Positions 1-9,923 of a DNA stretch of 32,000 nucleotides are shown piece after piece. The notes beneath the pieces were generated by a model. The model did not search any database. It was given only the letters and a program-made list of their open reading frames with translations, and was not told the DNA's origin. The stretch covers positions 3,000,001 through 3,032,000 of the forward strand of contig CP060262.1 in NCBI GenBank assembly GCA_022646745.1, in the 5' to 3' direction. The stretch is from Planctomycetales bacterium. Its GTDB lineage: Bacteria > 4484-113 > JAFGCY01. Made by a program: the position numbers and the translations under genes. Each line of letters opens with the position of its first letter. Positions within the stretch are counted from its first letter, which is position 1.

Positions 1-2
1 CG

Positions 3-398
3 CTCAGGCGCCCGGGCCGGCTTGGCAACCTGTTGTTCATCCCGCCGCCGGACCTCACGAGCCGTGAGGAGATCTTCCGGCTCTACCTCAGCAAGAAGCC
101 CTTTGTCAGTGACGACATCGACGTGCCGGAACTGGCACGGCTTACCGAGAAGTACAGCGCTGACAGCATCCGCCAGCTGGTGGAGAACGCGGCGGCGATC
201 CCCTGGCGCGAGGCCATCAACGGTGCCGAACCGCGTCCGCTGTCAATGGTGGACCTGCAGGAAAGCCTGAAGACGATCGGGCCGGACCTCGCCGAATGGG
301 AGAAGCTCGTCGTCAGGTACGAGGAGTTCGCCAAGCAGAGCATGCAGAAGAGCGGCATCGGCTTCCGCTCCGCCCAGAAGCGCGGCCAGGAGAAGTAG
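3..398 (+). CDS. AAA+ ATPase, C-terminal fragment (5' end lies upstream of the window)
   Basis: Frame 3 is open from the window edge. The translation LRRPGRLGNLLFIPPPDLTSREEIFRLYL... matches the conserved RPGR..........P.PD...R..I segment and helical lid of CDC48/FtsH-type AAA proteins. Stop TAG at 396-398. Confidence 0.8.
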   Translation, partial: LRRPGRLGNLLFIPPPDLTSREEIFRLYLSKKPFVSDDIDVPELARLTEKYSADSIRQLVENAAAIPWREAINGAEPRPLSMVDLQESLKTIGPDLAEWEKLVVRYEEFAKQSMQKSGIGFRSAQKRGQEK

Positions 399-430
399 CG
401 GAGGCCAGGCCGTTGGCTTGGCAATTGGAG

Positions 431-451
431 GTGCGCAACTCGTTTGCGCAC
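431..451 (+). terminator. perfect 8-bp hairpin after the AAA+ gene; possible intrinsic terminator without a U-tract
   Basis: GTGCGCAA-ctcgt-TTGCGCAC lies 33 nt downstream of the stop at 398. No T-run follows, so its function is uncertain. Confidence 0.3.
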
Positions 452-579
452 AATGACACCCTGCATTTGCCTACATGAAACATGGCAGCGTCTCAATTCG
501 CATTGCTTAACCGTACCTCGATGCGGTATCCTTCCTGTTCAAGACTGGGCATTGTGTGCAGGCAAGCTGCACACCTCCT

Positions 580-608
580 AAAAAAAAGGGAGCGCCACTG
601 GCACTCCC
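580..608 (-). terminator. rho-independent terminator for the S55 peptidase gene (possibly bidirectional)
   Basis: On the minus strand, a GGGAGTGCC-agtg-GCGCTCCC hairpin (one internal mismatch) is followed by T8, the complement of A8 at 580-587. It sits 26 nt after the stop at 634. On the plus strand a weaker TTTCTGTT tract follows the same hairpin. Confidence 0.75.
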
Positions 609-633
609 TTTCTGTTAACTCGATGCTTGAGTC

Positions 634-2853
634 CTACTCCTCGAAGGCGTTCTTCTCGAGGTTCCTGCGCTTGCGCTCGATCATGTCGTCAGAGGATCCA
701 GCGCCTTCGTCACCGGCAGCTTCATCGCCATCCTCGGCGGGCGCCTGCTGCTGTTCCATCTGCGCCTGCTCCTCCTCGCTGGCGATGATCACCGGAAGCT
801 GGAAGCCGTTGTAGATCACCCATTCCATCTGGTACTTCTCATCGAACTTCTCGTCCGGCATGTCCTCACCGCTGAGGCTGGCAGCAACCGCATTCGGGTC
901 GTAGGGGCGCACCAGCGTCACGAGCAGCTCGTTGTTGGTCGGCCACTCCATGATCTGGTCGAGGATGTCGTCAAAGTCCTGCTTGGTGATGTCGATGATC
1001 GGGCCCATGCCGAACAGGCTGCGGCCCTTTCCGCCGAGCGGTGCCATGCTGACGAGGTCACCGCCGCCATGCACGATCAGGGTGGTGTTGCCACTCGGGA
1101 AGTCCTCCGGCACGGTCAGGCTGAACTCGCGCCACACCGGGTCGGTGCGGTAGGGCTGCAGCTTGACCTTCACGCGGATGGTCTCGCCCGGGGCGAACTT
1201 CGGCACCTGGTCCATCGGATGGCCGCTCTCGAACATGATGCCGCCGGGCATGCCTTCCTCACCCTGCGGGTTCTCCTCCTCGCCGGGCTGCTGGCTGGGC
1301 TCAAAGTTGCCATTGAGCGCCTCCAGCGTATCCTCGACGCTGCTGTCGGACGCCGCCGCGGCTTCCTCGCCGGCCTCAGCCTCCGCCTCGCCGTCCTCCG
1401 AGATGATTTCGGCGTTGTCAATCGAGGCGTTGATGCGGTTGCGGGTGATCTCCATCATCACGTTCAGGCGGGTGATGTCGATGTCGCGGTAGATGTTGTT
1501 CTGCAGCAGGTTGGCAAGCGGCATGATGTCGAAGGCGCCGTCGCCGATCACGTCCATGTCATTGCTGTAGTAGTTCACGCGGCGCAGCGGCTCACGCAGG
1601 CCGGTGCCCTCCACGTGGTAGCTGAGCTTCATCGTGCCCTTGGGCTGGCGGTCCAGCACCTCGGCGGCCGCCTGGTTGACGGACATCGCAAGCAGGATCG
1701 GCGTCCAGTCCGGGTGCTTCATCACCTCGAACTCGAAGCTCTGGTCCTTGCCGGTGTCGATGTCCTTGATCTTGACCTTGACCGGGATCATGTCCGGCAT
1801 CACCTTGAAGGTGCCGCCGCAGGCAGCACCGTGGTCCTTGGTCATCGTGCCAAGCGTCGGCTCGAGGCGCACACCGTCCTTGAAGGCGCGCTCGATGCTG
1901 CCGTAGGTCCAGGTGATGTAGGCCTTGCTGATCGGCATGTTGGTCGGGCCGGCCTGGAAGAAGGGGTGGCCGAACATCAGGAAGCGGCCCTTGTCGTCAC
2001 TGTAGGTCACTGTGCCGATCGCCTGCATCTCGATGTCGCCGGTGACCAGCGATGCGGCAACCGCGTCGCCACCGACCAGTGGCGGTCCCGGGCGGTCCTC
2101 ATCCAGCAGCAGGCCGTTGCCATCGCTGTCCTGGCGCAGGAACAGGCCATCGCCGGCGCCGCTGCCGCCGGGCTTCTCGATCAGCTCGAGGTTGCTGCCC
2201 AGCATGGTGCGCATCTGGTCCTCATAGAGGCTGAACACCTTGTGGTTGATGCCGCTGACATAGACCGGGGTGGTTGCCAGCACGGCCTCGTACTCGTGGC
2301 GTCCGTCGCGTCTGGCAGCTTCATTGAAGGCGATCGCGTCCTGCAGGCTGTCCACGTAGCTGATCACGTTGCCATCCTCGTCGATCGGGATGCCGCTGTT
2401 CTCGGTTTCGGGCAACACGGTGTTGTCCAGGTAGTCCGGCTCATCGATGTCCGGCAGCGCTGCCATCATGGAGCTGATCGGGGTCACGCCTCCGACATGG
2501 GTGTCGGTGAAGGGGATCGCCGCGCTGACAGCACCGAGCAGCTTGCCGTCGATGTAGACCGGGCTGCCGGAATAACCGCCGGCGATGCCGTTTGAGTGGT
2601 CAACCACCGGTCCGGTGAAGTGGGCGAGGATCAGTGGTCCGCCGTCGAATCCACCGTCGGGGATCAGCTCGATCACCTCAACGTCGAATTCCTCGATCGT
2701 GGTCCCGCGGATCACGGTCCGGGCGGTGCCCTTCAGTCCCGGCTTGAGGTCCTTCAGGTCAAACACGGGTACGTCGAGCGTATTGTCTCCTGCAATTGCA
2801 CGGCCCATCAGTGCGAACACGCTGAGGGCCACCAGTAGGAGTACTTTCTTCAC
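634..2853 (-). CDS. secreted serine peptidase with SpoIVB-like (S55-type) domain and acidic C-terminal tail
   Basis: GTG start with a GAGAGG Shine-Dalgarno sequence upstream. Signal peptide MKKVLLLVALSVFALMGRAIA. The block TIEEFDVEVIELIP...PLILAHFTGPVVDHSNGIAGGYSGSPVYIDGKLLGAVSAAIPF...GGVTPISSMM matches the conserved core of S55 peptidase domain proteins, including the G.SGSP serine motif. The C-terminus is Glu/Asp/Gln-rich. Confidence 0.8.
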   Translation of the reverse strand: MKKVLLLVALSVFALMGRAIAGDNTLDVPVFDLKDLKPGLKGTARTVIRGTTIEEFDVEVIELIPDGGFDGGPLILAHFTGPVVDHSNGIAGGYSGSPVYIDGKLLGAVSAAIPFTDTHVGGVTPISSMMAALPDIDEPDYLDNTVLPETENSGIPIDEDGNVISYVDSLQDAIAFNEAARRDGRHEYEAVLATTPVYVSGINHKVFSLYEDQMRTMLGSNLELIEKPGGSGAGDGLFLRQDSDGNGLLLDEDRPGPPLVGGDAVAASLVTGDIEMQAIGTVTYSDDKGRFLMFGHPFFQAGPTNMPISKAYITWTYGSIERAFKDGVRLEPTLGTMTKDHGAACGGTFKVMPDMIPVKVKIKDIDTGKDQSFEFEVMKHPDWTPILLAMSVNQAAAEVLDRQPKGTMKLSYHVEGTGLREPLRRVNYYSNDMDVIGDGAFDIMPLANLLQNNIYRDIDITRLNVMMEITRNRINASIDNAEIISEDGEAEAEAGEEAAAASDSSVEDTLEALNGNFEPSQQPGEEENPQGEEGMPGGIMFESGHPMDQVPKFAPGETIRVKVKLQPYRTDPVWREFSLTVPEDFPSGNTTLIVHGGGDLVSMAPLGGKGRSLFGMGPIIDITKQDFDDILDQIMEWPTNNELLVTLVRPYDPNAVAASLSGEDMPDEKFDEKYQMEWVIYNGFQLPVIIASEEEQAQMEQQQAPAEDGDEAAGDEGAGSSDDMIERKRRNLEKNAFEE

Positions 2854-2964
2854 TATTACACCTCTCGCTCGGTCATTACCGACATGCAGCCGCGCGGGCT
2901 GCCATACAGCTATACATTATGACTGCTTACCGGATCTACAGTTCAATCTGATTATTCCCTTCAA

Positions 2965-4314
<1,350 letters not shown>

Positions 4315-4391
4315 CTAAGCCCACCGCTGCTGCCATGCCTGCTGCAAGCCCGGTTTTGCTGCGATATTGCCATTAGTTAACCGCCTTCACC

Positions 4392-4418
4392 TGAAACAGG
4401 CGGGCACGCAACTGCGTA
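4392..4418 (+). promoter_or_regulatory. candidate ECF-type autoregulatory promoter TGAAAC-N17-CGTA
   Basis: TGAAAC at 4392-4397 and CGTA at 4415-4418 are separated by 17 nt, directly upstream of the ECF sigma ORF. This resembles the Bacillus sigmaW-type consensus TGAAAC-N16-CGTA. Confidence 0.4.
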
Positions 4419-4421
4419 CAT

Positions 4422-5114
4422 ATGATCATGTCCCTGGACCCGACGCAAGGAAGCAGCGCTGCCGTTATACTTGCGCCTGAACCAGTGGAAACCGCGATGA
4501 ACGAATTCGCCACACAGTCTGCGCAGGCCGAGGCCCAGGAGGATCGCTACTCCGATGACGCGATCATCCGCCGCTGCCAGGCCGGCGACTGGTCGGATTA
4601 CGACCGGCTGGTGGAGCGCCACCGGCGCATCGTCTGGGCGGCGATTGATGTGGTGATCGACAACAAGAGCCTGATTCCCGACCTGGTGCAGGAGTCCTTC
4701 ATCCGGGCCTACCGCAAGATGGACACCTACCAGTTCAAGAGCAGCTTCTCCTCTTGGATCTTCCGCCTGGCGCGCAACCATGCGATCAGCTACCTGCGCA
4801 GCAAGGCCGCCAAGCTCAAGAGCACGAGCATCGATGATGACAGCGATGACAGCACGCCGATCAGCCAGCGCATCGCCGGCGGCTCTGAGCCAGCCGAGGA
4901 GTACGAGCGGATGGACATGCGCCGCAGCCTGGACCAGATCCTCTCCCAGCTGCCGGAGCACTACCGCGCCGTGCTCAACCTTTACTACATCCAGGAACAT
5001 TCATATGAGGAGATCGCCCAGATCCAGGACATCCCTCTGAACACAGTACGCACACACCTGAGACGAGCCCGCCAGAAGCTCATGGAGCTGACTGGCCAAG
5101 GAGGATGGCAATGA
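4422..5114 (+). CDS. ECF-family RNA polymerase sigma-70 factor
   Basis: Region 2 block LVQESFIRAYRKMDTYQFKSSFSSWIFRLARNHAISYLR and region 4 HTH LPEHYRAVLNLYYIQEHSYEEIAQIQDIPLNTVRTHLRRARQKL. The start is uncertain: in-frame ATGs at 4422, 4428 and 4497 are all possible. Confidence 0.9.
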   Translation: MIMSLDPTQGSSAAVILAPEPVETAMNEFATQSAQAEAQEDRYSDDAIIRRCQAGDWSDYDRLVERHRRIVWAAIDVVIDNKSLIPDLVQESFIRAYRKMDTYQFKSSFSSWIFRLARNHAISYLRSKAAKLKSTSIDDDSDDSTPISQRIAGGSEPAEEYERMDMRRSLDQILSQLPEHYRAVLNLYYIQEHSYEEIAQIQDIPLNTVRTHLRRARQKLMELTGQGGWQ

Positions 5115-5614
5115 CACCATTCACGGAAGACGATTTCATGGACAACAGCCCGCGCACGCGGGACAGCGAACTGCGCAACCGCCTCGAGGGCCTGCGAGAC
5201 GAGCGCGAGCACATCGCGCCCGGCAGCAGCCACCAGTTCGAGGAGGTGCTGGAGCGCTACCTCGCCGGTGAGCTGAGTTACGACGAGGCCGGCATGATCG
5301 TGATCGACCTCGACCTCGATGAGGGGCAGGAGCGTGTCTGGCAGTCGCTGCGCAACCTCGAGGAGAGCCTCATCGTGCGCGCCGATGTGGCGAGCCAGCT
5401 GGACTGGCTCAGCCAGCGCGTGCGAGATGCGGTGGAGAACAATGAGCAGGTGCGGATGTGGCTGCGGGACATCAGCCGCGGCGTGCTGACCTTCCAGGTC
5501 TGGCAGGGGCACGATGAGTACCAGTCCCTGATCAAGTCCACCCGGCTGGCCTACATCGGCAAGTACATGGGGGTCTGCGGCGGGCTGGCGATCCTGCGCA
5601 ACGAGATCAGCTGA
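5105..5614 (+). CDS. hypothetical protein, putative cognate anti-sigma factor
   Basis: Overlaps the sigma gene stop (ATGGCAATGA; ATG at 5105 or 5111, TGA at 5112-5114), so translational coupling is likely. Codon usage looks coding. No zinc-binding H...C..C motif and no full-length transmembrane helix were seen, so the assignment is positional only. Confidence 0.5.
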   Translation: MAMTPFTEDDFMDNSPRTRDSELRNRLEGLRDEREHIAPGSSHQFEEVLERYLAGELSYDEAGMIVIDLDLDEGQERVWQSLRNLEESLIVRADVASQLDWLSQRVRDAVENNEQVRMWLRDISRGVLTFQVWQGHDEYQSLIKSTRLAYIGKYMGVCGGLAILRNEIS

Positions 5615-5652
5615 GGGCGGCAGGCCCGTTTAGCTGCTAACATAATCCGCGC

Positions 5653-6591
5653 ATGAGCCCCTCACTCACGACGACACTACCGCGCGGCACCATCCTGAAG
5701 GACCCGATCCTGCTGGCCAGCGGCTGCTGCGGCTACGGCGAGGAATACCTCCCGATCGTGCATCCCTCGACCTACGGCGGCGTGATCACGAAGGCCGTCA
5801 GCGTCACGCCCCGGCTTGGCAACGAGGCCCCGCGCCTGCGGGAGACGCCGGCCGGCCTGCTCAACTGCATTGGCCTGCAGAATCCTGGGGTGGATGTGCT
5901 GCTCGATGAGGTGCTGCCGCGCATCAACCAGCTGGACTACAGCTACATCGTCAACGTGGTCGGGCATACCGTGGAGGAGTTCGCGGAGCTCGTGAGCCGC
6001 GTGCAGCGGCATTGCGACGAGCAGGGGCAGGGCGGGATGATCGGCTTCGAGCTGGACCTGAGCTGCCCGAACGTTGACAGCGGCACCACCTTCGCCACCG
6101 ACCTCGACGTGCTGCGCGCCGTGACAGCCGCCTGCCGGGCCGAGACGGAGCAGCTGATCATCAGCAAGATGACGCCGAACGTGACGGACATGCTGCCCTA
6201 TGCCGAAGCCTCACGGGAGAGTGGAGCTGACAGCATCACGATCAGCAATACGCTCAACGGCATCAGCATCGACATCCGCACGCGGAAAAGCAACCTCGGC
6301 CGGCCGAGCGCAGGCTTGTCAGGGGCGGCGATCCTGCCGGCGGTGCTGTACCACATCTGGCGCGTGCACAAGGCGATGAAGGACTACCCGATCGTCGGCT
6401 GCGGCGGGATCTGGGATGCGGACAGCGCGATCCAGCACATCCTCGCCGGGGCGACCGCAATCCAGCTCGGTACCGGCCTGTTCATGAACCCGAAGCTGCC
6501 AATCGAGGTGCAGCAGGGACTGGAGCGCTACCTCACTGAACAGGACGAGCCGGACCTCGACTCCATCCGCGGTACCTACGAGTACTGCTGA
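5653..6591 (+). CDS. pyrD: dihydroorotate dehydrogenase, class 1 catalytic subunit
   Basis: Motifs ILLASGCCGYGEEY, TKAVSVTPRLGNEAPRLRETPAGLLNCIGLQNPGVD, LDLSCPNV (active-site Cys), KMTPNVTD, ISNT and GLSGAAI. Confidence 0.9.
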   Translation: MSPSLTTTLPRGTILKDPILLASGCCGYGEEYLPIVHPSTYGGVITKAVSVTPRLGNEAPRLRETPAGLLNCIGLQNPGVDVLLDEVLPRINQLDYSYIVNVVGHTVEEFAELVSRVQRHCDEQGQGGMIGFELDLSCPNVDSGTTFATDLDVLRAVTAACRAETEQLIISKMTPNVTDMLPYAEASRESGADSITISNTLNGISIDIRTRKSNLGRPSAGLSGAAILPAVLYHIWRVHKAMKDYPIVGCGGIWDADSAIQHILAGATAIQLGTGLFMNPKLPIEVQQGLERYLTEQDEPDLDSIRGTYEYC

Positions 6592-6620
6592 AGCCGGGCC
6601 CGGCCCGTTGTCAGTGATTC

Positions 6621-9600
6621 CTAGTTAGTGGCTGTGCCGATGTCGGTCAGAGTTGGCGCGGGCAGCCGTACCGTCACCCTGTAGGCGTCGCTCGGGATGC
6701 CGCGGCTGACGACGACGATGTCGCCATTGCCGGCACCGACCGGCACCGTGGCCTGAATCTCCGTGTCGCTCCAGCTGACGATGCCAGCAGGTACGCCGCC
6801 GACGAGTACGGTTGGGAACTCAACGGCGTCATCCGGGCCGAATACGGAACCGCTGACGGTGAACGGGTCGCCCTCGTACAGCACGACAGGTGTCACCGAA
6901 CTGATCTGCGGCGCCAGCCGGGCCACGATGTCATCTACGTAGTAGCCTGAGCGGTTCTGGTTGCCATCACTGTAGAAGAACCAGTTGAGCTTGATCTTCT
7001 CACCGAGCCAGCTGTCCAGCCGCACACCATCCGCGCGCCAGTCATCCTGGCCGTCACCGGTGAAGGCTGCCAGCTCACTCCAGGTATCGAGGTCAGTGGT
7101 GGCATAGACGATGCAGTAATCGTAGCCGGTCTCGATGTCGTAGTGGTGGACCATGCCGAGGCCGGGCTGCGAGACGTTGTCAACCAGGATCGTCGGGCTG
7201 ATCAGGCTGTCACTCTGGTTGTTGCCGTAGTTGTTCGTATTGCGGCCGAAGAACATCACCGTGTCACCGGAGAAGCCGAGCCCCCCGCGGGTATGCCAGT
7301 TGCCGGCACCGTTGTTGTTCGTGATCTGCCAGTAGGGCGCCACAGCCCCCTGCCAGTCCTCGCCCCAGGGCAGGGGCAGGCCGGGGTTGGAGGTCGTCCA
7401 GTTGATGTTGACAGTCGTTTCCATGCCGTCGACATCAGTCACCACTGCACTGAACGGGATGCCCTGGTCGAACACGATGTCACTATTCCATGTGGTGGTG
7501 TAGGGAGCGGCCTTGTCCAGCAGGATGCTGCTGCCATTGAGGATGAAGTTGACGCTGAACACGCCGTCATCATCCGTGGCGTCAACCGTAATCGTCTCAA
7601 CGCCGGTCAGTACGGAGCCGTCACCGGGGGTGATGCTTACAACCTGCGGCGGGCCACCCGGCTCCTTCAGTGCCACGTTGTCAACCCAGAAACCGCCGGT
7701 GCCGTTACCGATCCGGTTCAGCGATGAACTGTCCAGCCGGAAGCCGAGCCGGATGGTGTCCCCGACGTAGTCACTGAGGTCTTCATTGACAACATGCCAG
7801 CTGGTGTTGGTGCCTGTGTAGCTGGCGATCGTGTCCCAGTTGGCGCCGTCATCCGTTGACACCAGCAGCTTGCAGGTGTTCTCTCCGGTACTGACGCGGT
7901 AGCGCTGGAACCAGCGCACGATCGGTGCCACGCTGCCCGTCATGTCAATCGCCGGGCTGACCAGCAGGTCATGCTCATTGCGATCGTAACCGCTGCCCTC
8001 GGTGCCAACTCCGGCACTGGAGCTGCCGCTGGCGGCGGTGTTCTTCGATTCCCAGCGGTTGCTGCCGCCCATGTTGTAGGAGGCCCACCAGTCGATGCCG
8101 GTCTCGAAGTCGTCACCCCAGGGGAAGCTCTGCACGCTGTTGCTGAGGTTGACAGTCACGCTGTCTGTGTCGATCTCACCCGCGCTGTCAACAGCCACCA
8201 CCTTGAGGGCACGGCTGCCGTCGTAGACTCCCTGTGTGTGGAAGGTCTTCTGGTACGGGGCGGTGTCATCCGAGCCGAAGTAGGCGTCGTTCAGGTAGAA
8301 CTCGACGCGGTCGATCGTACGCCCGCCGTCCGGTGTGGCATCAGCCGTCACCGTGATCTCGCCGGTGATGTTGTCATTGTCGGCATGGCTGGTGATCGTC
8401 ACGCCGGGGGCGTTGACACTCTCCACGTAGATGTCGAGCGTCATCGTTGCGCCGGGGGCGGAGATGTCATCCAGCCGCACGAAGGTCTGGTTGCCGGGGT
8501 TCGGGTAATTGCTGCTGCGCGGGTTGGAGATGTTGCTGAACTGCCCGGTGTAGTTGCCGTCACTGTTGCCGTCGAACCACAGGTCGTTCGCATGCCCGCT
8601 GCTGCCATCGTCAATCGGGTCGCGCTGCTCGGCGGCATTCGTGTCATTCACACCGCGCGCGCTTTCCACGTCGACCCACTTGCGGTACTCATCGCGGTTG
8701 TTGCTCTGTGAGTCATCACAGTGCAGCACCAGCAGTCCCTCACCGGGCCGGGTGGCATCCGTCAGGATCTTCCGCATGTTGCAGACGAGGAAGTACTGGT
8801 CGCCCTGCTGCCCGTTGGTCCAGACCTTCAGCACTTCCGGGTTTGTCTGGTAGGCGTTTATCGGGTAGTCCTGCACATTGTCAGTGATCACCGTCGGCGT
8901 GACCCAGCCGAGCTGCACCTTGCACCAGGGGTCCGGGCTCGGTACCAGCTGGTTGTTGTCATAGTTGTCAGCCATCAGGCTCCAGCGCGCCACCCCGTTC
9001 GAGGAATAGTCCGTGTCATACAGGTCCGGCAGGCCGAGGATATGGCCGTATTCATGGCAGGTGATCGTCATCGACCAGCTGTCATTGTCGTGGTAGCCGG
9101 TCAGGAAGTAGCTGTCCACGATCACGCCATCCACATGCGCGTTGACACCACTCCAGCGGTGCGGGTGCAGGCCGCCGCCGAACCAGACCGGGCCGGCGTA
9201 GAACACGATCAGGGTGTCCACGTAGCCGTCCTTGTCCGTGTCGAACTGGCTGTAGTCGACGTCGTCGTCGCTGGCCATCACCATTTCATAGATCAGGTTG
9301 CGGGCATTGTTGGAGCTGGCGTTGTAGAAGTCCTTGGTGCCGGCAGCGCGGTACCAGCCGTCGCCACCCTCACCGCCGGTCGCCACAGCACCGTCAATCT
9401 CCAGCTTGCCGTAGGACACCTGCTGGTAGTAGTCATTGGCACTCGGGGGAGTGACGCCGGTGTTGAAGAACTTGTCGTCAAAGTAGTCCACGTCGTAGGT
9501 GTCGTAGTCGGCTGCCTGGTCACTGAAGTCGGCGCGTAGCACGCACCACTGGGCTGTGCCCTCGGAGGGGGCGATGCTCGTGGTCTTGGTGACGCGCGGC

Positions 9601-9923
9601 ACCTCATATCCGAGCTCGAGCAGGTCGAAGTGGTCGATCATGCCATCGAGGTTCAGGTCAAGGCTGCGGCCTTCCTCGCCCAGCGGGTCAGTGCCGCTGA
9701 CCTGGCGGCCGAGCTTCTGGCGGATATCGTTGCTTGTCGTGACACCGGGGCCGGGCAGGGGATCGGTCTCACCGAATTCCATCTCATTGAGCTGTGGCCA
9801 GATCTCCTGCCACTTCTCGAGGTTGCCGGGCTGGTCAAACCATTCCTTCGGTGGTTTGACGGTGGCAAATGCCTGGCTGGTGCAGGCGATCAAGATCAGG
9901 ATGGCGAGCAGGAACCTATTCAT
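6621..9923 (-). CDS. secreted multidomain M6-family (immune inhibitor A-like) zinc metalloprotease, copy A
   Basis: Start set at ATG 9923 (MNRFLLAILILIACTSQAFA signal peptide) rather than the ORF-track start at 10037. HEYGHILGLPDLYD zinc site at 9042-9056 and onward. Ca-loop DLNLDGMIDHFDLLELG at 9609-9659. Two Ig-like modules, two beta-sandwich modules with LVSPAID / LISPT motifs (MAM or choice-of-anchor-J-like), and a C-terminal IPT/TIG-like module. Confidence 0.85.
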   Translation of the reverse strand: MNRFLLAILILIACTSQAFATVKPPKEWFDQPGNLEKWQEIWPQLNEMEFGETDPLPGPGVTTSNDIRQKLGRQVSGTDPLGEEGRSLDLNLDGMIDHFDLLELGYEVPRVTKTTSIAPSEGTAQWCVLRADFSDQAADYDTYDVDYFDDKFFNTGVTPPSANDYYQQVSYGKLEIDGAVATGGEGGDGWYRAAGTKDFYNASSNNARNLIYEMVMASDDDVDYSQFDTDKDGYVDTLIVFYAGPVWFGGGLHPHRWSGVNAHVDGVIVDSYFLTGYHDNDSWSMTITCHEYGHILGLPDLYDTDYSSNGVARWSLMADNYDNNQLVPSPDPWCKVQLGWVTPTVITDNVQDYPINAYQTNPEVLKVWTNGQQGDQYFLVCNMRKILTDATRPGEGLLVLHCDDSQSNNRDEYRKWVDVESARGVNDTNAAEQRDPIDDGSSGHANDLWFDGNSDGNYTGQFSNISNPRSSNYPNPGNQTFVRLDDISAPGATMTLDIYVESVNAPGVTITSHADNDNITGEITVTADATPDGGRTIDRVEFYLNDAYFGSDDTAPYQKTFHTQGVYDGSRALKVVAVDSAGEIDTDSVTVNLSNSVQSFPWGDDFETGIDWWASYNMGGSNRWESKNTAASGSSSAGVGTEGSGYDRNEHDLLVSPAIDMTGSVAPIVRWFQRYRVSTGENTCKLLVSTDDGANWDTIASYTGTNTSWHVVNEDLSDYVGDTIRLGFRLDSSSLNRIGNGTGGFWVDNVALKEPGGPPQVVSITPGDGSVLTGVETITVDATDDDGVFSVNFILNGSSILLDKAAPYTTTWNSDIVFDQGIPFSAVVTDVDGMETTVNINWTTSNPGLPLPWGEDWQGAVAPYWQITNNNGAGNWHTRGGLGFSGDTVMFFGRNTNNYGNNQSDSLISPTILVDNVSQPGLGMVHHYDIETGYDYCIVYATTDLDTWSELAAFTGDGQDDWRADGVRLDSWLGEKIKLNWFFYSDGNQNRSGYYVDDIVARLAPQISSVTPVVLYEGDPFTVSGSVFGPDDAVEFPTVLVGGVPAGIVSWSDTEIQATVPVGAGNGDIVVVSRGIPSDAYRVTVRLPAPTLTDIGTATN

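Noticed and set aside
6593-6604. Palindrome GCCGGGCCCGGC between the convergent pyrD and protease A genes, considered as a terminator
   Set aside because: It has no loop and no U-tract on either strand. The 29-nt gap may simply lack an intrinsic terminator.
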